DNA of 64,000 bases from Saprospiraceae bacterium (lineage in GTDB: Bacteria > Bacteroidota > Bacteroidia > Chitinophagales > Saprospiraceae): contig JANPKZ010000012.1 in assembly GCA_031426295.1 (NCBI GenBank), positions 6,099 to 70,098 of the forward strand, read 5' to 3'. How positions within the stretch are numbered: the stretch's first letter is position 1; every line of letters begins with the position of its first letter. Shown piece by piece: positions 48,834-57,300 of this stretch. The notes below the pieces were generated by a model, which did not search any database, was not told the DNA's origin, and was given only the letters and a program-made list of their open reading frames with translations. The translations under genes and the position numbers were made by a program.

Positions 48834-49277
48834 TCAAAATCTGCGTATCAGCAACACACCACCAATCACGAGCGCTACACCAATGATGCGTGGGATATTT
48901 ATCTCCCGCACGGGCGTATCCAGGAAACCAAAATGGTCTATGGGTAATGTAGCCAGCATTTGTCCCAGGATGAGGATGCTAAACGTAAGTGCAAAACCTA
49001 ATCTGGGAACAACAAATACAACTGCTGTGACGAAGAAAGCGCCGCATACGCCACCCAGCCATGAGATGGGTGGTGCGTTGCGCATGAGAGATATGTTGCT
49101 GAGTGGGACTGAAGCCAGCAGCATGTAAATGAACAATGCCACGACACCGACGGCAAACGAGATGAATGCAGAGGACACAGGGCTTTGGACGTATGTCGAC
49201 AACTTATTGTTGATCGCTGCTTGTGTAGGCATGAGAATGCCGGCGATGAGGGCCAGGATGAAGTAGATAGCGGGCAT
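48834..49277 (-). CDS. DMT-superfamily small membrane transporter (DUF606-like)
   Basis: 147 aa with 4-5 TM helices. It lies between the deaminase and xdhA. Family assignment is from memory. Confidence 0.55.
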   Translation of the reverse strand: MPAIYFILALIAGILMPTQAAINNKLSTYVQSPVSSAFISFAVGVVALFIYMLLASVPLSNISLMRNAPPISWLGGVCGAFFVTAVVFVVPRLGFALTFSILILGQMLATLPIDHFGFLDTPVREINIPRIIGVALVIGGVLLIRRF

Positions 49278-49368
49278 ATACAGTTTGAATTTTTCGTGAT
49301 CGTTTGGGGATGAAATTAGGATGAAAAACGAAACTATGAATGCAAGCAGCTTTCACTTCCTCTTGCCT

Positions 49369-49845
49369 TCAATAATCAATTTTATCCGGCTTCACCATCC
49401 AGCTTTTGAACACTTCAAAGGCATCATCACGCATCACCTGCTCGATAGGGATCATCCGCTCCGGCATGTCCTTCGAAATTTCTTCATACAAGAATTCATC
49501 ATCGAAACCAATTTCAGCGGCGTCGTGACGCGTGCATGCGTAATACACTTTTTTAATCCGGGCCCAATAAATGGCAGCCAGGCACATCGGACATGGCTCG
49601 CACGAAGTATACAGTTCACAGCCCAGGAGTTCGAATGTACTTAAGTTGCGGCAGGCATCGCGTATGGCTGTTACTTCAGCATGTGCAGTGGGATCATTTG
49701 TGGAGGTCACTTTGTTATTACCCTGCCCTACGATTATTCCGTCACGAACGATGACGCAGCCAAATGGTCCGCCTTCGTTCAGGTTCATTCCATGGGCAGA
49801 GAGGCGGATGGCTTCCTGCATAAAATCGTGGATGGGTGTTGGCAT
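49369..49845 (-). CDS. CDA-fold nucleoside/nucleobase deaminase, probably guanine deaminase by context
   Basis: 158 aa. HAE and PCPMC zinc motifs. First gene of the xdh cluster. Confidence 0.75.
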   Translation of the reverse strand: MPTPIHDFMQEAIRLSAHGMNLNEGGPFGCVIVRDGIIVGQGNNKVTSTNDPTAHAEVTAIRDACRNLSTFELLGCELYTSCEPCPMCLAAIYWARIKKVYYACTRHDAAEIGFDDEFLYEEISKDMPERMIPIEQVMRDDAFEVFKSWMVKPDKIDY

Positions 49846-49937
49846 AAGTTCTGGTTTTTATAAAAAAGTCTGATTGGGCATGGATAGAAAAATAGGGTGT
49901 TTTAACCAATTTAATAATCTGAAAATCAATAAGTTAT

Positions 49938-49971
49938 GACAGTGTGGCATACCTAGGTATGCCACACTGTC
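49938..49971. promoter_or_regulatory. Perfect 34-bp palindrome (candidate operator or terminator)
   Basis: GACAGTGTGGCATACCT|AGGTATGCCACACTGTC. It lies 93 nt upstream of the deaminase start and 56 nt past the SMR stop. Confidence 0.4.
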
Positions 49972-50026
49972 TGAAGTAATTGATAACCAACAAGTTATCT
50001 GCTTTTTTGCCCCGCAAAAAACCCAC

Positions 50027-50350
50027 TCACGAAACCAGCTTCAACCCCACAATCGATGCGATCAACGTAGTCAGAAAAAACAGCCGCCAGAACGTAGCCG
50101 GCTCCTTAAACAGGAAGATCCCCACCAGCACAATCCCCACAGCTCCGATCCCTGTCCAAACCGCATAGGCTGTTCCCACTGGGATGGTTTGGGCGGCCTT
50201 GTACAATAGATACATACTCGTAGTAAGGCAAATCAGGAACGCTATAAACCACAACGTCGATTGCTGCCCACTCGATTCTTTGATCTTACCAATGCAGGTC
50301 GCAAACGCAACTTCGAAGATGCCGGCAAGGATGAGGATAGCCCAGTTCAT
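50027..50350 (-). CDS. sugE: SMR-family exporter (SugE/Gdx-like)
   Basis: 107 aa with 4 TM helices and the conserved membrane Glu in AGIFEVAF. Confidence 0.85.
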   Translation of the reverse strand: MNWAILILAGIFEVAFATCIGKIKESSGQQSTLWFIAFLICLTTSMYLLYKAAQTIPVGTAYAVWTGIGAVGIVLVGIFLFKEPATFWRLFFLTTLIASIVGLKLVS

Positions 50351-50353
50351 ACG

Positions 50354-51151
50354 CTATGATTTTTGTGCAACGATAAACATATAATCTCCGTGATCGTTTT
50401 CATATCGATTGCGAACTGCATCGAAAAGATCGTGGTCCAGATCATATCGTAGTTTTTGCAAACCTCTTTCAATTTCATCTTTCGATGCCATGGAAGCAAA
50501 GGTGGAGATCCCTTTTTGAATGTGCTCATCAAAATAGATCTCAGGCCGATTCTTTCCTGACTGTAAAAAAAAATCCTGCAAGTCGTCCTTCACGAAATAT
50601 TTTTCAGTCTGCACTTCATCGAAGCCGGCGCGATACAATGCATCGATAATGCCTGATGCAGAAGGCATGTTTTCAGTGCCGCGCTGCATCACAACGGGAA
50701 AATAATGGTTGAGCCAATACCCATCCATTTGCTCCGGGCTGGATGTGAAGATCACAAAACGACTGCCGTGTTTTAATACACGCGATACTTCACGAAGACC
50801 TTGTTCTCGATCTTTCCAGTGATGAACAGTCAAAGTTGTGATGGCGCCATCAAATGAATGATCGTTAAACGGAAGATCTTCTGCTGTACCTGAAATCCAA
50901 TGAACGTCGGATGATTTCTCCATAGCTGCCGACAACATTTGAGCAGACGGATCAATGCCAGTGAAATGCAAGCCTGTATTTGCAAGAGGGATCGTGTAAT
51001 TACCCGTACCACATCCAACGTCCAGATATAATCCATTGGGTTGAGGGTTGAGGTGAAAGAGGATCCTGCTCAACAGGTACGGATCTGCACGGCGCGTAGT
51101 GTTATACCCCTTACCAATTACATCATATTTGTCAGGATCATTTTGCATCAC
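50354..51151 (-). CDS. Class I SAM-dependent methyltransferase
   Basis: 265 aa. Motif I LDVGCGTGN, with a post-I acidic residue and motif II present. Confidence 0.8.
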   Translation of the reverse strand: MMQNDPDKYDVIGKGYNTTRRADPYLLSRILFHLNPQPNGLYLDVGCGTGNYTIPLANTGLHFTGIDPSAQMLSAAMEKSSDVHWISGTAEDLPFNDHSFDGAITTLTVHHWKDREQGLREVSRVLKHGSRFVIFTSSPEQMDGYWLNHYFPVVMQRGTENMPSASGIIDALYRAGFDEVQTEKYFVKDDLQDFFLQSGKNRPEIYFDEHIQKGISTFASMASKDEIERGLQKLRYDLDHDLFDAVRNRYENDHGDYMFIVAQKS

Positions 51152-51190
51152 AGGAAACGTACCTTTGCTGATAAATTACAAAAACATACT

Positions 51191-51637
51191 ATGTCTCTCG
51201 AATCAAATATCAATGAAGATCTCAAAAATGCGATGAAAGCCAAAGACCAGGCGGCATTACGCGGGATCCGTGCCATCAAATCAGCCATCATGCTGTATAA
51301 TACATCTGGTACAACAGAGGAATTAAGTCCTGAAAAAGAAATTGCGCTGTTGCAAAAACTGATCAAACAGCGTCAGGATTCACTTGACATATTTGAAAAA
51401 CAGGGACGTGAAGATCTCGCCGTAATCGAACGAGAAGAGATAGCTGTCATCATGAAATATCTTCCTCAGCAACTTTCAGAAGAAGAATTGAGAACGGCTA
51501 TCGGAGACATCATTACACGTACAGGAGCGAGTTCCATGAAGGATATGGGAAAAGTGATGGCGGAAGCATCAAAAGAATTTGCCGGTAAAGCTGATGGCAA
51601 GACTATATCTGCGGTTGTGAAGGGCCTTCTTTCTTAG
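51191..51637 (+). CDS. GatB/YqeY domain-containing protein
   Basis: 148 aa from MSLESNINEDLKNAMKAKDQ.... The listed longer ORF (51041) overlaps the methyltransferase and is not favoured. Confidence 0.85.
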   Translation: MSLESNINEDLKNAMKAKDQAALRGIRAIKSAIMLYNTSGTTEELSPEKEIALLQKLIKQRQDSLDIFEKQGREDLAVIEREEIAVIMKYLPQQLSEEELRTAIGDIITRTGASSMKDMGKVMAEASKEFAGKADGKTISAVVKGLLS

Positions 51638-51745
51638 ATTATCTCCAGCAGAGGTGTATAATGAAATGCAAATGGTCTCGTCATGGCGTATATGGTTATC
51701 CGATGCGCAACTCCCCATGATTCTTTTGCGTTATGCAAGACGTTC

Positions 51746-53638
51746 ATGAATAGAATATTCCTTATCGGGCTGGTCTTTGTTCTTTGTACACTCTCGTCGT
51801 ACTCACAAGGGACATATATTCCTCCGAAAGTCTCTGAGAAAGCAGTAAAAACGCTGAGTGATGCCGTCCTTTCTGCTAAAGGAGGCCAAACAGCAAATGC
51901 AGTAAGTGAAATACAAACCCTTATTGAAAAATATCCTGCATGGACTGAAGCCCGTCAGGCACTTAGCCAGATCTATTATAAAAGCGGAAAAATTGAAGAG
52001 GCTATTGTTGTAATGGAGCAATCCATCGCGATCGATACGCTTTCGCAATTGCAACAATTGTATTCACTGGGGCGCATGTATGAAGAGGCTGGTAATTTTT
52101 CGAAAGCACAGGCAGCCTACAAATCAGTCATACGGAATGACAATGGTAAAGGTCCCTCAAAGCTCAGCGCAGAAAATCTTTCACGGCTGGAGGCAAAAAC
52201 ACAATTGTATAAAAGCAATTACGAGATCCAAGTGACAGCACTACCAGATGATATTAATTCTTCCGGGAATGAAGTATTGGGTCGCTGGACACTGGATGGA
52301 AGATCCGTAATCTTCACACGCATGATGGTGGACCAGGAAGATATTTTTATTGCCCAATATGATAGCCTCGGAAATGTAATCTCAGTCACACCGTTTTCAT
52401 TTAATACAGCTCTCAATGAAGGTGGTCACGCTATTTCTCCAGACGGCAAGTATCTCATTTTTACTTCCTGCAACAGGAATGATGGTCTGGGTAGTTGTGA
52501 TCTGTATCTCGCAGTCTTAAAAGATAATGTTTGGCAAAAGCCGATCAACATGGGTCCCGCGTTTAACAGCATAAGCTGGGATAGTCAGCCATGTTTTGGA
52601 CTTGATGGAAAATCAATTTATTTCTCCAGTGCACGACCCGGTGGATTTGGTGGTCGTGATATCTGGATGGTTTATGAAGAAACTCCCGGTAAATGGTCAG
52701 CTCCAATAAACCTGGGTCCGCAAATTAATACATCCAATAATGAAGCCAGCCCATACATTCACTTTGATGGTCGCACCATGTATTTCATGCGTGACGGAAA
52801 TGAAGGTCTTGGAGAATATGATCTATACATTTCACGCCAGGGAATAGATCAGGTTTGGAAGGCATCAGAAAATATGGGAAGTCCCATCAGCACTCCTTCA
52901 GATGAAGGAGCACTGTCCATTCACCCGAATGGTAAGACTGTCATCATAACGCGCAAAACCACAGATCGTAAAAATGATCTCTTTCAATTTGAACTGCCTG
53001 ACAAGTTTTTAGCAACTCCGGTACAGGCCTTGAACGTGAATGTCGCAGATGCAATTTCGAATAAACCGTTACGCGCCAAACTTGAGGTAATTGATTTTGA
53101 AAATGTCGATACGATCAGGCTGTCACAACGAGGTGATGAAAAAGGAAACATCATCGTCACACTGGACCGCAACCATGAATATGGAGTCGTTTCTGTTGCC
53201 GACGGGTATATCATGGAATCTGTCAATCTTCCGGCAGATACACAAGCGGTACGTTTTCTCGAAATCAAAATGACGCCCATTACTTCCGCTTCGGAAAAAT
53301 CATTTGTACTGGAAAATATTTTCTTTCAGACTGGCTCAGCGGTTTTACTAAAATCATCTTTTGCAGAATTAAAAAAACTACACCAAACGCTTTTGGATAA
53401 TCCGTCTATGAAAATTGAGATCAGTGGTCATACGGACAATACCGGCACGGATGAAGTGAATAAAAAACTAAGTGAAGACCGGGCTAAAGCTGTGTACCAA
53501 TATTTAATCGAACACAAAATTGATCCAACACGTCTCACATATGCGGGGTATGGTTCTTCTAAACCAATTGCATCAAATGATACTGAACAGGGACGTAAAC
53601 ATAACCGCAGAACGGAATTCAGGGTGCTGAATCTTTAA
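51746..53638 (+). CDS. OmpA-family protein with TPR and TolB-like beta-propeller repeats
   Basis: Start at MNRIFLIGLVF (signal peptide). The repeated pattern SPDGK..IFTS / DG...YFSS is WD40-like. C-terminal OmpA domain (ISGHTDNTG...NRRTEFRV). Confidence 0.8.
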   Translation: MNRIFLIGLVFVLCTLSSYSQGTYIPPKVSEKAVKTLSDAVLSAKGGQTANAVSEIQTLIEKYPAWTEARQALSQIYYKSGKIEEAIVVMEQSIAIDTLSQLQQLYSLGRMYEEAGNFSKAQAAYKSVIRNDNGKGPSKLSAENLSRLEAKTQLYKSNYEIQVTALPDDINSSGNEVLGRWTLDGRSVIFTRMMVDQEDIFIAQYDSLGNVISVTPFSFNTALNEGGHAISPDGKYLIFTSCNRNDGLGSCDLYLAVLKDNVWQKPINMGPAFNSISWDSQPCFGLDGKSIYFSSARPGGFGGRDIWMVYEETPGKWSAPINLGPQINTSNNEASPYIHFDGRTMYFMRDGNEGLGEYDLYISRQGIDQVWKASENMGSPISTPSDEGALSIHPNGKTVIITRKTTDRKNDLFQFELPDKFLATPVQALNVNVADAISNKPLRAKLEVIDFENVDTIRLSQRGDEKGNIIVTLDRNHEYGVVSVADGYIMESVNLPADTQAVRFLEIKMTPITSASEKSFVLENIFFQTGSAVLLKSSFAELKKLHQTLLDNPSMKIEISGHTDNTGTDEVNKKLSEDRAKAVYQYLIEHKIDPTRLTYAGYGSSKPIASNDTEQGRKHNRRTEFRVLNL

Positions 53639-54300
53639 ACCGCCACCACATCCCGATCTATTCTCCATTGCCAGATCTTCCCGTCTTCGGGATCATCTAT
53701 TTCTTTTACAAAATGGAACCCGCATTTCCGCAACACATTGCACGAAGCATTTTCTTCGGCAAGCGTATGTGCCAGAACATGCAATACTTCCGAAAATGTA
53801 AATGCATGGTCCACCAATACTGCAGCAATTTCTGTAGCAAGACCCATTCCACGAAGTGATTTCGATACTTCATATCCAATCTCAACCGCATTGTCGCCGG
53901 GAGGACCTTTATAGCCACTATTTCCAATGAGCGCATTCTGATCCCTCAACACCACAAGCCATCCCCACCACCCTTCACTTCCCGGATCTGCAATAAGTTT
54001 TTTTCGTACATATAAAAATGGATCTGTTCCAAATTCAGTCCAGTCATCAGGAATATCTATGGATAAAAATGATGACAGTGTGTCATTACCCTCAATAACT
54101 TTATCAATGATCTCCTGAGTGATACTGATAAATCGTAATCTTTTAGAGTACAGCTCTTTCAATTCTAAGGGAATTCTAAGGAATTTATCAACAAAGGTCT
54201 GATATTCTGCAATGATGGGCGCTACATTTGTGGTACGAATTTCGATACTCGTTACACATGTTTTGATTGCAGCCAAAGGTTGTAATTTCGTGCCCCCCAA
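53635..54300 (-). CDS. GNAT-family N-acetyltransferase
   Basis: Acetyl-CoA loop LRGMGLATE and RimJ/RimL-like C-terminal half. The start is uncertain (TTG at 54300). Confidence 0.65.
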   Translation of the reverse strand: MGGTKLQPLAAIKTCVTSIEIRTTNVAPIIAEYQTFVDKFLRIPLELKELYSKRLRFISITQEIIDKVIEGNDTLSSFLSIDIPDDWTEFGTDPFLYVRKKLIADPGSEGWWGWLVVLRDQNALIGNSGYKGPPGDNAVEIGYEVSKSLRGMGLATEIAAVLVDHAFTFSEVLHVLAHTLAEENASCNVLRKCGFHFVKEIDDPEDGKIWQWRIDRDVVAV

Positions 54301-54339
54301 GAAGATAAAACATATTTTATTTTAACACAATCATTCTAC

Positions 54340-57300
54340 ATGCAAACCTGCGGACGTTTTATCATATTTCTATTCCTATTGACATGGAGTCAGAATCATA
54401 TGGTATCAGCGCAATCCATGTCAGTCAAAGCGACCAGTACGGGTCGAACGACAGGACATATTGCCACTTTGTTCATCACGAATACGGGAACCAGTGTATT
54501 AGAGGCACAACCTCAGACAGTGTATATACCTTCCACAGGTGATTATCAATCATACGTCGCTAAGATCCCTGCAACAGATGTCCCCGTCGGTGGTGTGACT
54601 ACTGTTGTGATCCAGGGATATTGTGCAGATGTACACACAGCACCTGTTCCCGCAGGTGTCGATATGCCAGCGTTTGGCACATGGCTTCCAGTAGGACTAC
54701 CTGAGACATTGTCTTCCAATGCAATTAAAATAGCACCTTCTGCAACGCTCGATCCCTTTGCAACAAATGATATCACCACACTCACTTCATCTGAAGGATA
54801 TCGCGTAGTGCCATCAGCTAACGAGATCGGTACCCTATTATGGCCAGGTACTGATATGACAACCAATGGAATTATCAACCCCGTTAATTATTCATCTGAT
54901 TTCGCTCCGGTCATTGTAGCTATTAATGAAAGGATTCAACAGACAACTGATAATGTTTTATCTGTAATGAACACTCCATTTTCCGCTCAGCCCGAAAAAG
55001 AGAGAGATGCTGTTATCCAACAAACATTCTGGATGATTATGGCAGCGATGACGGGAGATGAATACACAAAAAAACATTTCACGGATAAAGTATATGATCG
55101 GTACAAAGAAAAGACAGGCAATGCAGCTTCTTCGTTGAGTGAAGCGGATAAAAAAATTCTTGATGATGGTATCGATCAGTTTTGGAGAGTTTTTAATGCA
55201 GTTGCAACCCAGGCAAAACTTTTACGGTCCAACTTACCAGGACAAGTTATATCAGGCGAACCAGCATCTTCATCCATCGTATTTCCGTGGTCCGATATTT
55301 CCCTAATAGACACTCAAATGAAACCTCACTATGGGAAAAGTGTGGGCGGCAATGGAAAATTTCCCTGGATCCCAACGATCATCGGAGCAGCCGGTGTGGG
55401 TACAGGAGTTTATTTTCTGACGCGTGAAGATGATGAAGATCCTGTTGAAGATTGTACATTTTCTGTTCAGCAACAAATACAAAGTTCAACGTGTGGTATG
55501 CCAAATGGTGCTATTATTCTCACACCATTTCCACAAAGGGTTTATGATTTCGTTTGGTCTACTGGTTCAACAGGAAGCCAACTCACAAATGTTGTTGCTG
55601 CCGTATACACTGTAACGATTACGCGTGTAGGGACAACCTGCTCACAGACGATGCAGTTTAATGTAACGAACAATAACATCAATATCGGAGCATCAGCAAA
55701 TGTTACCAATGCATCATGTGGACAGCAAAACGGTACTGCAAGTATTTCGGTCTCTACACCGGGATCATATTCCTATACATGGTCCAATGGTCGTACAGGG
55801 ACATCACAAGCCAACCTGGCTGCCGGAGCTTATACAGTAACCGTAAGTGCCGGCGGAACTTGTCAGGAAGTAGTTTCATTCACGATCACAGAACTCGGTG
55901 CGGCATTCACAGCAACGGCATCAGCAACGCCTGCACATTGCGGTCTTGAAGACGGAAGTATCACGGTTACAGCAGATCCGCCTGCCAATTACACATATTT
56001 ATGGTCGAATGGAAACACTGGTGCGCAGGATCTCACGCTCGCAGCCGGTACATATACAATCACTGTTTCATTAGCAGGTGGTGCATGTTCCAAAGTAGTG
56101 ACAGCTACAGTGGATGAGTTGCCAACAAATTTTAATCTCACAATTTCCAATACACCTTCTGCATGTGGCCAGAATAACGGAACAGCTACTGTTAATGCAA
56201 GCCCATCCGGTCAATATGAATATCTATGGTCGAATGGAAGCACCTCCCTTAGTACATCAAATCTTGCACCCGGTGATTACTCTGTGACAGTATCTATTAC
56301 AGGCACACAGTGTTCCAAAACAATTTCAACAACCATTACAGAACTCGCACCAACATTCCAGTTATCAGCAACATCCACACCTTCAGCTTGTGGTCAGGCA
56401 AGCGGCACAGGGACTGTTACAGTTACTCCCGCAGGATCATATTCATTTCTGTGGTCAAATGGCGCTACCACCTCAACAGTATCGAACCTGGCACCGGGTA
56501 GTTATACCATCACTGTCTCTATTACCGGTACACAATGCACCAAAACTATTACAACAACGGTAACAGAATTTGGCCCTGCATTTCTTCTTACTACCTCATC
56601 CACACCTGCTGATTGCGGACAGGCTGATGGATCAGCGACGATTAATGTAAGTCCCGCTGCGAGCTATACGTACCAGTGGTCGAACGGTAGTACAACACAA
56701 ACAAATAATAATCTTACCTCCGGAATATACCAGGTGACGGTCACTCTTGCGGGTACACAATGTTCTAAAGACACATCCGTCAATGTAGGTCAGGCGCAAG
56801 TGAGCTTTACGGCAACACTTACGAGCACACCTGCACTTTGTGGTCTGTCAGATGGATCTGCTGCAATTAATGTACAACCTGCGGGAGAATACACATATAT
56901 ATGGTCCAATGGTCAGACGGGTACATCTGTAACCGGATTACCGGTGGGAACAATTAATGTAACAGTGACTGATGAGAATTCTTGTTCATCCGCATTTAAT
57001 GTAACAGTAGACCAGCTTCCGCAAACATTTGTAACGATTGATAGCACACTGTCTGCTAATTGCCTTGGTGGTGGTGAAATCGGATTTACAATAACAACCT
57101 CTGGTGCGGGCCCATTAGTGGTGCAAGTCGTTTCTGAAACTGATTCCATGGTATTTAATCTACCCGCAGGAAGTTACCTCTTATCAGAAGTTTCAGATAT
57201 CACCATCACACCCGGTTCGTATACCATTTTTGTATATGATCTCAGTATTGGTAATGTATGTTTTGAAGAAGTACAGGCGACAGTGGACAATGAATCTCCG

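Noticed and set aside
49938-49971. Sigma-54 promoter (TGGCA...TGC) or purine riboswitch upstream of the deaminase/xdh operon
   Set aside because: The GG-to-GC offset in TGGCATACCTAGGTATGCC is 15 nt rather than the 12 nt (GG at -24, GC at -12) expected for a sigma-54 promoter. The 181-nt leader shows none of the conserved purine-riboswitch junction sequences.
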